From an uncultured Chitinophagaceae bacterium (lineage in GTDB: Bacteria; Bacteroidota; Bacteroidia; Chitinophagales; Chitinophagaceae): a DNA stretch of 64,000 nt. The notes beneath the pieces are model-generated. The model saw only the letters and a list, made by a program, of their open reading frames with translations. It searched no databases and was not told the origin of the DNA. Shown piece by piece: positions 32,721 through 43,689 of this stretch. Position numbers and translations under genes: made by a program. Position 1 is the first letter of the stretch; each line of letters opens with the position of its first letter. The DNA lies in assembly GCA_963823305.1 (NCBI GenBank), contig CAWGLC010000004.1:532847-596846 (forward strand). The letters run 5' to 3'.

Positions 32721-33953
32721 ATGCTCTCTAAAAATTTTCAAACTCATAAATCTGAAACTCAATCTTGTCCGAAGGCCGATAAAAACGGACGCCGGATAAA
32801 CGTTTTGGAAATTATCGGCACGGCAAGCAAGGGAGGAATGGAAAATTATATGATTAATTTCATTAAAAATCTTCCGATTGATGAGTTTAAGATAACATGC
32901 ATTTGCCCCTGCGAAAGTTTGTTTACAAAATCTTTGCGGGACCTGGGAGTTGATGGTGTTTTTATAACACCCCTCGCAGATGATCCGGAATGGCGTTCCA
33001 TTCAGCTGGCTCTCGAAGTAATCCGGCTTCACCGCATAGATATATTACACGCTCACATGCCAAAGTCTCACGTCCTGGCCGGCTTAGCAGGAAGCCTCGC
33101 AGGCAAGCCTGTTGTTGCCACGCTTCATGGAATGCACGTGACCGCTCACGAATTGGGCGTGGCACGTGCTGTGAAATCGCATTTGATTACTAACTGCCAG
33201 GAAACCTTTTTTCAGGCACTAGCTCTGGGTTTGCCGGCAAACAGGCTTAATCTTTTTCATAACGGTGTAGACATAGACGCTTTTAATCCTAAGAATAGCG
33301 GCAGAAAATTCCGGGAGGCTTTAGGGCTGCCGGCAGGGGGTGTCTTAGTCGGTTTTGTTGGAAGACTCGAATATGAAAAGGGGCCTGATTTGTTTTTGCG
33401 CACTGCCGCATTTGTCATTGATACATTACCTGATGTTCATTTTGCGGTGGTTGGAGATGGGTCAATGCTTAAGGAGTTGGAGCACACTTCCGCGCAACTT
33501 GGGCTTGAGGATAATATACATTTCGTTGATTGGCTAACTGATACGGCTGAGGCATATCGCGCATTTGATCTGTTCGTTCACACTTCGAGAAATGATGGAA
33601 CTTCATTAGTACTACTTGAAGCTATGGCCAGCGCCATTCCTGTAGCAGGTCTGGCCGTTGGCGGAGTAAGGGAAATTATAGAAGATGCACATACGGGCAT
33701 TCTGTTTGAAGCAAACGCTGTACAGGAACTAGCGACTGGCATAATCTCCTTATTAGAGCAGCCCGCGAGATTAAAGCTAATGGGTGAGGCAGGAAGAAAG
33801 AGGGCGGAAGAATATTTCAATGTTTCGAAGAACACGGCGAACACAGCAGAGTTACTCGGCAGGCTTGTTCTCGCAGACAAAAATAGCGACGTTGAAGTAA
33901 AGAATGGTTTTGGACTCCATACTAACGGTAACGGCTCAGCGAAAATCGTGTGA
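32721..33953 (+). CDS. GT4 family glycosyltransferase
   Basis: GGME, HAH, NGVD, VGRL..EKG, VGDG and DG.SLVLLEAMA. Confidence 0.9.
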   Translation: MLSKNFQTHKSETQSCPKADKNGRRINVLEIIGTASKGGMENYMINFIKNLPIDEFKITCICPCESLFTKSLRDLGVDGVFITPLADDPEWRSIQLALEVIRLHRIDILHAHMPKSHVLAGLAGSLAGKPVVATLHGMHVTAHELGVARAVKSHLITNCQETFFQALALGLPANRLNLFHNGVDIDAFNPKNSGRKFREALGLPAGGVLVGFVGRLEYEKGPDLFLRTAAFVIDTLPDVHFAVVGDGSMLKELEHTSAQLGLEDNIHFVDWLTDTAEAYRAFDLFVHTSRNDGTSLVLLEAMASAIPVAGLAVGGVREIIEDAHTGILFEANAVQELATGIISLLEQPARLKLMGEAGRKRAEEYFNVSKNTANTAELLGRLVLADKNSDVEVKNGFGLHTNGNGSAKIV

Positions 33954-34026
33954 ATAAGATTGTTATTTATGCTTGGGCTTTTGTATCAGGCACCTGTCCG
34001 CCTGAAATGCAAACAACTCTAAACAA

Positions 34027-34845
34027 GTGAAACGCGGTACTCACTTTAATAGTCAGCAATGTAATGCGATCTCTTTTTACATAGTCGCACATGCGGACGA
34101 TTGGCAATTATTTATGCAGCCAAATGTCTACAACGACTTGATCAGGCCCGGCTGTAAGCTTGTTATTATTGTTGTTACGGCTGGGGACTCGGGCAGATCC
34201 GCCATTTTTTGGAAGTCCCGGGAAGAAGGTTCAAAAAGTTCCATTCGATATTGCCTGGCAGCCATCGGAGATATTGCTGAGCGTAATAGTACAGGACAAT
34301 TTAATTCTCACAATATCGCCTATTCGATAATTAATAACGTGACTTCCTATTTTCTTCGCCTTCCCGACGGGAATATTGACGGTTGCGGTTTTCCGGAGTA
34401 TAATTTTCAAAGCCTTGCAAGGTTTAAAAGCAACGACATCGGTGCTTTACATGCAATCGATGGTTCCACTGTTTATCGCAGTTGGGATGATCTTTCGGTC
34501 ACGCTTGAAACAATTTTACTCCACGAAAGCAAGACGCTTGAAACCATCAGGATAAACTATCCCAACCCGGATATGGGAAAAAATTATGAGGATCACATCG
34601 ACCATATTCTTGTAGGTGAAGCCGTTCAAAATATATGCATACTATCAAAGTTTGAGCAGCTTCTCTTTAGGGGTTACAGCCTTAGCCGCGGCAACAAAAT
34701 GCTCGAGCCCGAAGAGTTGTTCTGGAAGATTGGAATGTTTGCAGCTTATGAAAAAGCGGTCTATGACATTTGCGGGTACAGCACACTTGCAGAAGACCCT
34801 CAAATTTATATGAATTGGTGCATCGCAAACGCCCTTTTTGAATAG
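34027..34845 (+). CDS. PIG-L/LmbE family deacetylase-like protein
   Basis: VAHADD, TAGD, SREE, LPDG and DHIDH metal motifs. Confidence 0.8.
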   Translation: MKRGTHFNSQQCNAISFYIVAHADDWQLFMQPNVYNDLIRPGCKLVIIVVTAGDSGRSAIFWKSREEGSKSSIRYCLAAIGDIAERNSTGQFNSHNIAYSIINNVTSYFLRLPDGNIDGCGFPEYNFQSLARFKSNDIGALHAIDGSTVYRSWDDLSVTLETILLHESKTLETIRINYPNPDMGKNYEDHIDHILVGEAVQNICILSKFEQLLFRGYSLSRGNKMLEPEELFWKIGMFAAYEKAVYDICGYSTLAEDPQIYMNWCIANALFE

Positions 34846-34992
34846 GTGGTGGTCAACCGCACCGTAAAGAAGAAAGGTTTGAATTAGATTCTCTAATGCC
34901 AAAGTTTTATCGGCTGCTAAAATTTATTTAAGTCATTACTACCTCCTCGTGGAAGATAAAGCATAAACCGATATTCGTATCATGTAGCTCAT

Positions 34993-35145
34993 TCAGCCTC
35001 TCCATCCTTTGATACTTTCCATGTCCTGCTGAGCATTTAATATATGCTGCGCGGGTATTGTTAATTGACTTTTTAAAGACCAGGGTTTGTGAATTCCGTT
35101 TACTTCAAATATGTAATTGCCATCTTTCCGATGAATTGTTACCAT
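34993..35145 (-). pseudogene. Truncated hypothetical protein fragment
   Basis: MVTIHRKDGNYIFEVNGIHKPWSLKSQLTIP.. ends after 50 aa. Confidence 0.4.
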
Positions 35146-35241
35146 AATTTTTTTAAAATTGTTATTTAATTTACCAATTTTTATTCTGTCAAATAAATTC
35201 TTATTATTCGTCACAACGCCTTTTGAAATATTCAAGAAAAC

Positions 35242-35256
35242 TGGTATATGTTTTGT
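35242..35256 (+). promoter_or_regulatory. sigma54-like element (variant)
   Basis: TGGTA-TATGTT-TTGT, positioned like 14712 relative to the paralogous peptide. Confidence 0.5.
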
Positions 35257-35333
35257 TAGCGTTATAAATAGATTGCTGTTTTTAATCTACCCTTATTCAG
35301 TTGCTGATTTATTAACTCCAAAACGGATTAAAA

Positions 35334-35420
35334 ATGGAAAGCAATACCAACTCAAAGAAAATTTTCGGGATAATAATTGCCTGTGTAATAATTGCCGTTG
35401 CTATAATGGCTTTTTCATAG
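35334..35420 (+). CDS. 28-aa single-TM microprotein copy 2
   Basis: MESNTNSKKIFGIIIACVIIAVAIMAFS*; paralog at 14809. Confidence 0.55.
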   Translation: MESNTNSKKIFGIIIACVIIAVAIMAFS

Positions 35421-35715
35421 CGCAAGGTCTATAATGTAATGTGACTTATGTTTTGTTGAGCTTGTAAAAAGAGACATGTAAAATGGAATTTGGCACTAAA
35501 GAAATTTAATAGACTGCAAGGTGTGTGTTTTGAAGAAACATTTTTTATCAGGTCTAATTTATTTTCCGAAACTTTTTTGTGGGGCTAAATTCTATGCGAA
35601 AATTCCAATTACGGGAATAAATAGATTTCTGTCTATTTATATCTAGTCAATGCTATTACCATCTTTTGCTATCATTTTATTTATATTAAAATTCAATCCG
35701 AAGAAATTGAACATC

Positions 35716-36024
35716 ATGAAAAACAAAATGAGACCACCGACAAAAAATATGATCAGGCAACTGTATTCTGCCCGTGCAAAGGAACTGGCGGCTGCGCAAA
35801 AGGGTTCTGTTACGGCAAACGATTTTAAAGGAACATTGAGTGGCTTGTATAAAAGAGGTTTTCTAAATTTCAAAAGAACTTACCTACAAGGGAAACGGGT
35901 TGACGAGGTTTATATAACGCCAGCCGGCGTTAGCTTCCTAAGAAACCATAATGGAAAGATTGCTGGAAATGGCAATGAAGTATCTTTTAGTTTTTCACTT
36001 TCAGAGGAATTCCCTAATAAATAA
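35716..36024 (+). CDS. Small basic hypothetical protein, possible winged helix
   Basis: LSGLYKRGFL...VYITPAG pattern. Confidence 0.5.
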   Translation: MKNKMRPPTKNMIRQLYSARAKELAAAQKGSVTANDFKGTLSGLYKRGFLNFKRTYLQGKRVDEVYITPAGVSFLRNHNGKIAGNGNEVSFSFSLSEEFPNK

Positions 36025-36050
36025 TTGAGTAGGGTATACATGCCACAAGT

Positions 36051-36300
36051 TTGAGTAAAAAAAAGGACGAATTTATAAGCCTGGCCAGCCATGAAATGAA
36101 GACCCTCTCTACCGTCGAGGTATATCGGCAGCAGATGGAGCAAAAAACTAAGCTGGCAAGTCGCGAGGCGCCTTTCTATGCAACCAAAGGGCCGGGCAGT
36201 CAAACTACTGAATGTGTCCATTACTGAACTGTTCAATATAACCAAATACAATATTGCAAAATAGATTACAAAACGGCAAGGTTTATTCAATAACCTTATT
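36051..36300 (+). pseudogene. Decayed histidine kinase remnant (HisKA box)
   Basis: Translates KKDEFISLASHEMKT, then degenerates. Confidence 0.6.
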
Positions 36301-36356
36301 GGCCAAGGATAATAAACGCAAAAAATTGACTTCCTCGCGGATAATGGGACACAGAA

Positions 36357-38177
36357 TCATTCAGCAGCCGGAACCGAGAAATAAAAAGTTGACCCCTTGT
36401 TTAATTCACTTTCAGCCCATATCTTTCCTCCATGCCTGTTGATAATTTCTGAAGAAATATATAATCCAATTCCTGAACCCGAAAATGTAGAGCTAAGTCC
36501 ACTAACCCTATAAAAACGGCCAAAGATATTTGTAAGATCTTCAGCAGGAATGCCAATGCCATTATCTGCAACGCTCACCATTATCGCATCATCCGATTTA
36601 AATGCATTTATCTTTATTTGCCTGGAACCTGGTGAATATTTTATAGCATTCCCAAGCAGGTTATTTATTACAAGACCAATCCGATCCATGTCTCCGTAAG
36701 CTAACATCCTACCGCTGTATTCGCTAAAGATTATCTGTATAGGAGTTGTAAGCTGAATATTTTGAATTATTTCCTGTAATAAAATATTCATATCAAAATT
36801 TGCAAGTTTCAATTCAAGTTTTCCGGATTGGATTTTTGAAATATCTAATAAATCATTAATGAGTTTACCTAATTTATCAACGTTCTTTAAAGTTTTTTTC
36901 ACAAATGGGGTATTATTATCTTCCTGCATTTTGAGAAGCAGGATGTCGAGGTTTGCTTTTATTATAGCCAGTGGTGTTTTTAATTCATGGCTGGCCATCG
37001 CCATAAATTCATCCTTATATTTATTAAGTTGCTGCAATTTTTCGGTGTATAAAAGTCGCTGCTTTTCAAGTTCTATTTTTCCTGTTACATCTCTGGCAAT
37101 CTTTGAAGCCCCAATAATTTTACCCTGTTTATTTTTTATCGGCGAAACTGTTAAAGAAATATTCATTTCCTTACCGTCTTTTGCGACTCTCACGGTTTCA
37201 AAGTGATTAATTTTATTGCCGTTACGAATATTTTCTATAATCATCGTTTCTTCGTCTATCCTCTCCGGGGGAATAATAATAGAAATATGCTTACCCACTG
37301 CCTCAGCTTCCGTATGACCAAACATTTTAAATGCAGCGTGATTCCAACTGGTAATAATTCCGAAAAGAGTTTTGCTTATAATAGCATCATCAGAGGAATT
37401 TACAATTGCGGCGAGCGTTGCCTGCTTTTCTTCAGCGGCATTTTGATCGGAAATATCCCTGGCTATTTTTGAAGCGCCAATGATATTCCCCGCCTTATCT
37501 TTTATGGGTGAAACCGTCAAAGAAATATTTACGGGTTGCTTATTTTTTGCCACTCTCACCGTAGGGAAGTGTTCTATCTTTATGCCCTTACGAACGTTTT
37601 CAATTATCATTGATTCTTCGTGCAGCCTTTCGGGGGGAATAATAATAGAAATATGCTTGCCCAAAGCTTCGGCTTCTGTATACCCAAACATTTTATGCGC
37701 TGCGTGATTCCAGCTTGTAATAATTCCCTCAAGTGTTTTACTTATAATAGCATCGTCAGATGAATTGACAATTGCAGCGAGTACTGCCTCCTTCTCATTA
37801 GCTAATTTTTGCTCAGAAATATCCTTAACTATTTTCGATATGCCAATAACTTCTCCTTTGGCACCCATTATTGGAGAAATAGTAAGTGTAATAGGAATTT
37901 TATTACCCTCTTTCGTTTGGCGAATAGTTTCATAATGTCTTATCCGGCCTCCGTTTTTTACCGTGGCAATAATTTCCTTTTCCTCTTCATAAAGTTCCTT
38001 GGGAATAAATGAAATATTATTATTAACAGCCTCCCAAGCAGTATATCCAAAAATCTTTTCGGCTGCGTCATTCCAGCTAACGATTGTCCCATCGAATTCT
38101 TCGATAATGATTGCGTCATCGGAAGATTCAATTATAGCTGATAATCTTGCGGCAATTTCCATCGTTTGTCTGTTCAT
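36357..38177 (-). CDS. Cytoplasmic sensor histidine kinase with three tandem PAS domains
   Basis: Three copies of SSDDAII..G.I.SWN.AA..FG; ASHELKTPL, NAIKYS, DNGIG and GSGIGL. Confidence 0.93.
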   Translation of the reverse strand: MNRQTMEIAARLSAIIESSDDAIIIEEFDGTIVSWNDAAEKIFGYTAWEAVNNNISFIPKELYEEEKEIIATVKNGGRIRHYETIRQTKEGNKIPITLTISPIMGAKGEVIGISKIVKDISEQKLANEKEAVLAAIVNSSDDAIISKTLEGIITSWNHAAHKMFGYTEAEALGKHISIIIPPERLHEESMIIENVRKGIKIEHFPTVRVAKNKQPVNISLTVSPIKDKAGNIIGASKIARDISDQNAAEEKQATLAAIVNSSDDAIISKTLFGIITSWNHAAFKMFGHTEAEAVGKHISIIIPPERIDEETMIIENIRNGNKINHFETVRVAKDGKEMNISLTVSPIKNKQGKIIGASKIARDVTGKIELEKQRLLYTEKLQQLNKYKDEFMAMASHELKTPLAIIKANLDILLLKMQEDNNTPFVKKTLKNVDKLGKLINDLLDISKIQSGKLELKLANFDMNILLQEIIQNIQLTTPIQIIFSEYSGRMLAYGDMDRIGLVINNLLGNAIKYSPGSRQIKINAFKSDDAIMVSVADNGIGIPAEDLTNIFGRFYRVSGLSSTFSGSGIGLYISSEIINRHGGKIWAESELNKGSTFYFSVPAAE

Positions 38178-38367
38178 ATCTAAGGGCTATAGTTTGTGCT
38201 TCCAATCCTAACTATCAAAAGTAAATATCCATTAAATTTTCAATACTGTGAGCGGAACCTTTGAGGCAGGAAAGTAAATGCGACTTAAATGGTTAATCCT
38301 ATTATAAAAATTTTAATTCTTCTGGATACTAAGGATTTATGTCAGGCATCGACAAATTTTTCTTTTT

Positions 38368-38382
38368 ACAAAGTTTATGCCA
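38368..38382 (-). promoter_or_regulatory. sigma54-like element
   Basis: TGGCA-TAAACT-TTGT upstream of the PAS kinase. Confidence 0.55.
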
Positions 38383-38484
38383 GCCAAATCGGCTGCCCAT
38401 GGTCATGCCAGCTTAAATGTTGTGGGTAGACATGAGAATTAATACTTCTTCCTGATTCCTGATGGAAGATACTATACTGTTCAT

Positions 38485-39180
38485 TTATTCATACCAATGA
38501 AAAATTTCATCACCTATTGCATTCACAAGACCTTGGGCTACGCCTGTTATTTTCCATCCTTTACTGGTGCACTTAATAACGCCCAATCTTTTTTTATTCA
38601 AAGTAATATCAAGTTGCAGACATACACCATCTTCGCAGCTTGAGATCACCGGCACACCAACACCTTTGTATTGTTTCTTTTTATATTCAAATTCAATTGA
38701 TACCGGCACAGATTTCTCGGGTTCCTTTTCCAACTCGGTGATAAAATCTTTAAGAATTTTTATGAGGTGCTTTTCCTGAAGGGTATCTGAAGCGTTCCAC
38801 TTATCTTTATCTGCACGCTTGTGAGCAAGCTTAAATTTTACTCCTGACATGGAAGTGATATAATCATCAGCATCCAGCTTTTCTACATATTGATGCGATA
38901 ATATAAACCAATGATAAGCTGTACCTAACGGCACTCCTGAACCTTCGGGTGCATGACCTGCACGCCTTTTAATAACATCATAAGTAAGCTCCCATCGCTC
39001 AGGCGTAATTTTTGTTTCCTTCCATAATCCCTTATCATAATGCCACGTATGGCTTCTGCCGATCTTCATTCCGGTATATTGCTGTCCTTTAAATTCTTTC
39101 TGCTGGTTATAGGTTGCGGCTATATCTTTAGGGGGCTTTTGCGATTTTTTCTTTGTCTGGACTGCATTTTTAATTTGCAT
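38485..39180 (-). CDS. Conserved hypothetical protein
   Basis: YTGMKIGRSH.WHYD.G.W.E and APEGSGVP motifs; CGGCA-GGATAT-TTGA element at 39228-39214. Confidence 0.75.
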   Translation of the reverse strand: MQIKNAVQTKKKSQKPPKDIAATYNQQKEFKGQQYTGMKIGRSHTWHYDKGLWKETKITPERWELTYDVIKRRAGHAPEGSGVPLGTAYHWFILSHQYVEKLDADDYITSMSGVKFKLAHKRADKDKWNASDTLQEKHLIKILKDFITELEKEPEKSVPVSIEFEYKKKQYKGVGVPVISSCEDGVCLQLDITLNKKRLGVIKCTSKGWKITGVAQGLVNAIGDEIFHWYE

Positions 39181-39656
39181 AATAAAGTTTTATTTAATAT
39201 ATCCTTTGCAAAATCAAATATCCTGCCGCAGAAACCGCTGGAGGAAAAAAATCAAATAATACTTTTGTTTGGTCACCTGACCTAATATCTTAACGGGAAT
39301 CACCTTTCGGAAACATAACTTTTTCAGTTGCGCCGTTAGCGTTTTAACTGCCTCTTGTACAATTAAGGGTTCTCACAGCAGTTGCTTTTTTGGGCTCTAC
39401 CAAATAAGTCACCAATACTTCCACCCAAGTATTCGCATTGGTGAATCCGCCCCCACTTTATCAGCCATTACAGACAAAGTAACTCCACGGTTACCAAATA
39501 TTACAATTTTGAGCTTAAACACTTCTCGATAAAACCCCCTTAAATCAGCCTTTCAGGATGCTTTAATACAATAGGTCAAAGAACGAGATGACGACCAGTT
39601 GAAAATGTTCTAACTATGTTAGAACGCTAATGATATTATGTTTATAATTCATACTC

Positions 39657-39671
39657 TGGCAAAACATTTGT
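39657..39671 (+). promoter_or_regulatory. sigma54-like element
   Basis: TGGCA-AAACAT-TTGT; palindrome GTTCTAAC-TAT-GTTAGAAC at 39607-39625 just upstream. Confidence 0.55.
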
Positions 39672-39813
39672 ATAAGACTTACACACTGTTTATAAAGGGA
39701 ATAATTTCCTTAAGCGAAACTCCCGGCCCAATAAAATTTTTTGTTAAGCGTCACAAAAGAATGTGCGACCTGTAGTGGACGATGCGTTCTATCCTTTTTT
39801 TAAAAGAAATCAA

Positions 39814-40908
39814 ATGCGCCTTTCAGAAATCATAATTAAGAAAATCAAAAGTGAAGGGCCGCTTTCATTTCATGATTTTATGGAGATGGCTCTTTATCAC
39901 CCGAAACTTGGATATTATACTTCCGGTACGGTAAAATTTGGCAAAAACGGGGATTATTACACCAGCCCGGTTTTAAGTAGTATATACGGACAAATGATTG
40001 GCGTGCAACTCGAAGAAATGTGGGAGATCATGGATAAGAATCCTATGATTATCGTGGAGTATGGCGCGGGCTCCGGGGCATTATGTCTTGACATTCTCAG
40101 CTACCTCAAAAAGAACCAGCCTCTTTATGACGATTTGAAATATTACATAATAGAAAAGAGTCCCTCTTTGCGTCAAAGGCAACAAAAATGGTTGAAAGAA
40201 AAGATAGAATGGATAGACAATATAAATGAAATAAAAGATTTTTGCGGCTGTGTATTATCCAATGAGGTAGTTGATAATTTTTCTGTGCACCTGGCGGTGA
40301 TGGAAGATGAACTATTAGAAGTATTTGTTGATTATACCGATAAGTTTATAGAGATATTAAGACCAGCATCGGAAAAAATTAAAGAGTGTTTAATACAGCA
40401 AAAAATATGTTTACCGAAAGGCTACCGAACTGAAATAAACCTACAGGCCCGGGAATGGCTAAGAGAAATCGCCACCAACCTGCAGAGAGGTTTTGTCATT
40501 ACTATTGACTATGGATTTTTAAGTAATGAATTGTATTGTTCCGAAAGAAAGAACGGCACGCTTGCCTGTTATCACCAGCATGCAGTGAATTTAGATCCTT
40601 ATTGTAATATTGGGCAACAGGATATTACAGCACATGTTAACTTTTCCAATTTACAGTTCTGGGGTAGAAATTATGGCTTAGAATGTACGGGTTTTTGTAA
40701 TCAGCATGATTTTTTGCATTCATTGGGTTTAGCTGGTTATTTGAGAACACTTGAAAAAAAGAGTGGCTATAAAGATAATACCACATTTTATCAGGTGTAC
40801 AAATTACTCATGGAAATGGGTAATAAATTCAAAGTACTCATTCAGCAAAAAGGAATTAAAAGTAAATCAATTAAAGGAATGCAATTAGCTACGCATTATT
40901 TTGTGTAA
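39814..40908 (+). CDS. SAM-dependent methyltransferase, MidA/NDUFAF7 family
   Basis: FMEMALYHP.LGYY, GDYYTSP, EYGAGSG, SNEVVD, IDYG and QDITAHVNF. Confidence 0.9.
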   Translation: MRLSEIIIKKIKSEGPLSFHDFMEMALYHPKLGYYTSGTVKFGKNGDYYTSPVLSSIYGQMIGVQLEEMWEIMDKNPMIIVEYGAGSGALCLDILSYLKKNQPLYDDLKYYIIEKSPSLRQRQQKWLKEKIEWIDNINEIKDFCGCVLSNEVVDNFSVHLAVMEDELLEVFVDYTDKFIEILRPASEKIKECLIQQKICLPKGYRTEINLQAREWLREIATNLQRGFVITIDYGFLSNELYCSERKNGTLACYHQHAVNLDPYCNIGQQDITAHVNFSNLQFWGRNYGLECTGFCNQHDFLHSLGLAGYLRTLEKKSGYKDNTTFYQVYKLLMEMGNKFKVLIQQKGIKSKSIKGMQLATHYFV

Positions 40909-41460
40909 TCTTAATTTTTTGAAAAGGCACGCATTTACGTCTCTCAGTAATAATTTTTATTATGCAAGTTATAAATTTACATCAGGCAGTTCAAGGGAGA
41001 TCACAAAACTATTCGCCTGATAGTCTTTTTATAAAAAGAGTGGTAAAATATTGCTACAATTCACCTTTCAATGCCGCCGTGCACCATGGTGGTTCAAGTA
41101 ATGCAAAGCAAAGGATTTTGAAAAAACGAGTGAACAAATGAATGGACTTAATGAATTGAAAAGAATACACGAGTTGAAAAATCGTGTAGTGCCAACAAAT
41201 TGCAAGTAATAACGGAAACCGGGAAATGAAATGATAATGAACATTAATAACTGAAACGCATAAACGAAAATTGAAAACCTGTAAAAAGCGTAGAAAGGAA
41301 ATCCAGAAGCAAATTAATATTCTTTGATGCAAATAACGGAAAAGAATAGACGAATATTTAGAAAATAAAAAATTTCATGAGTTTGTTTTTTTAAAATGAA
41401 AAATTGAAAAATGAGTATATAACAGATCGCAATGCTTAAAATCCTTCTTTTCAACGACAA

Positions 41461-42324
41461 TCAATTCTTGACTATGCCTATTGAAGGCTTTGCGGTTGCC
41501 TTATATATACCGTAGCATTTTCCGTTTGAGCCAATTATAATAAAAGGGTGTGTTACGTATGTATATTCATCAAAATATTCTCCATGTGGAATTGGAACTA
41601 TCTGGTTAGCACTTGTGTCTCTTTGTCATGAATAATTAATCCAGTATATAGTTAAATTACCGGCTGTATTATTTTTTATTCTTAAAATCGTTGATGTATC
41701 ACTATTTAAAGACTTTAACGTTAATTCTGTTGCGCAACTTTGAGCATTTACTTCTTCAAACTCACTGTCTTCCCTCTTGCGTATTCCCGTTGTCCCAATA
41801 GACTTGTCAACAATTTCAAAATTTAAATTGTCGAACCAAATCTGTCCTGTTCCAGCTATTAATGCGCCAAAGGCAATATTTGAGGCATTGTCTGGAACGT
41901 CTAAAACAATTTCATATTTCCTCCAGTCAGTAGTGCCTTTAATTGCTCTGCCTTGCATATTGTCAAAAGATAAAAATTGTTCTGAGTTTGCTTCGTCAAC
42001 ACGTAACCAAAATCCAGCCCAATCGGTCACATCTTTTGATTTCATGTAACCAGTCATTCTAATTCTTTTACCAATATATTTTTCAGGCTTAGAATTTTGC
42101 ATAAAAGATCCGAATCCTGTGATTTCCTGATCAATGGATTTTATTGTCATTACATTTTTCCCGTTGTGTTGAATGGTGCTGTCAATACCCATTTCATACT
42201 TATTTGGGTCACTTCCACGCTTTATCCAATTGCCTTGGGAGTAGATGACATTTGAATGAGATAATACTAACGTTACTATCATTCCGATAATGAAAATCAC
42301 TGTTTTAAGTTTTCGCTTTTCCAT
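41461..42324 (-). CDS. Secreted protein: carbohydrate-binding-like N-domain plus VHL beta-domain-like C-terminus; frameshift near 41628
   Basis: WAGFWLRVD..FDNMQGR.IKGTTDW; then SLNS..T.LRIKNNT...L.IYWINY, continuing in another frame to TYVTHPFII...KN*. Confidence 0.65.
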
Positions 42325-42519
42325 AAAATTTATTTTTAATTTTTTTTCTTTCTCCCTTTTTCATTTACCTCTTCTTTACAAACTGAATAGCTGCATCATG
42401 ATTCAGACCAGTCAATAGTGCAGTCTCACATTTTAAAAATTAGATACTCATTTTATACAAGAAATTTTAATTGATTACTAATAGTATTTGAGAAGTGAAA
42501 AATACAAGATCAGGAAAAC

Positions 42520-42952
42520 TTATATGTCTATCTTAAGACATAAAGCAGTATATCCGGAATTGTATAATATATGATTATTAATAGTAATGCCGACTTTTTT
42601 TAAACTAAGAGAAGCTTTCATTTTATTATGGTGGGCAGAAATAAAAAATGGAATGCTGGCTAATGCTATAACATTACTCGCTAAAGCAAACAGCATGCGC
42701 CTTTTGAGTCAGATTAGTATTTGAACCACTAAGCCTATTAGCCGCCTCCGAAGCTTCTCCTAATCCAATGACACCCAATCCCAAACCTGTTCCTAAGCAA
42801 ACCCATCCCACGGTATTATAAGTGTTTCGCTTTTTCATATAATAATGATAGTCGTTCTTAATGCTATCAGACGAAGCCCGTGTTATTTGCTGGGCACTTA
42901 CTATTTGCAGTGATAAAACAATTTGAATAAAAAATACAATAAAAAATTTCAT
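42520..42952 (-). CDS. Hypothetical membrane protein with signal peptide, frameshifted
   Basis: MKFFIVFFIQ..SAQ, GWVCLGTG and then ASIPFFISA..NK in a second frame. Confidence 0.6.
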
Positions 42953-42984
42953 GAGTTTATTTTTAGAAATGAAAAGCCTGTAAA

Positions 42985-43310
42985 AACTGAAAAAGTAGTT
43001 TTTTACATTTTGTTTTTTTTCACCGGTTGCCTGAGATGCTTTTGTAAACATGATATGAAGGTTTTTATTATAAATATGAAATGATTGACAGTAAAGATTG
43101 AGCTTAATACGCTTTCCTGCAATAGCATTAGAGTGTGATAATGACTAAAAAGAGTGTGATTAATAAATCACACTCTTCTTAAGAATTAAACTGCAGTTTT
43201 TTATAGAAAATGTATTTACTTGAGCTTTTTATAAATTTTCCCAAGATTTTAGCTAAGCTTATATAAATCTATAAAACTGTAATGAGGAAAGTACTTTCTA
43301 TTATATTATG
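42985..43310 (-). repeat. Regulatory repeat unit A (leader ORF, promoter, AGAGTGTGAT boxes)
   Basis: Aligns by eye with 50521-50870; perfect inverted repeat AAGAGTGTGATT-aata-AATCACACTCTT at 43150-43177. Confidence 0.85.
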
Positions 43311-43689
43311 ATTTGCTTTGCTCTAAAAGTCTTTATCAATAATCCAAGACAGGCACCTGTTAATTACGTGCGTAAAACATAAGACCCATCTATTAAAATT
43401 TCAAACGGCAATAAATTATGTGATGTCGAATTAATATATGCATCAATTATTATTTAATAATGATTGAAGTCAAAACTCACAGGCAGATTTGTTTTTTTGG
43501 TGATTTATCGGCACTTATTGTCGTTTGTGTAAAAGCTGATATATTCAATATCAGTATGGCAAAGCAAGAAAAAGTTGTTTTGATTTGTTCATCATTTTTG
43601 TTATTGATGTCATTATTTTTTTTAAAATAATTTTAGCTGATATCTGCCATAATTCATATCCAATCCTCGAATTAAACCAAAGTAATTAT

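Noticed and set aside
35159-35434. 91-aa ORF from the track
   Set aside because: It spans the promoter motif. The frame conserved with the paralog is the 28-aa ORF at 35334.
37080-38150. DNA repeats as a mobile or regulatory element
   Set aside because: Explained by three tandem PAS domains in the kinase.
41054-41379. Functional membrane protein gene
   Set aside because: Low-complexity AT-rich sequence with a broken frame after the ATG at 41379; at most a relic.
43150-43177. CRP site or intrinsic terminator
   Set aside because: The TGTGA-TCACA spacer is 8 nt rather than 6. The stem is AT-rich, and the same box recurs as a direct repeat next to a promoter.
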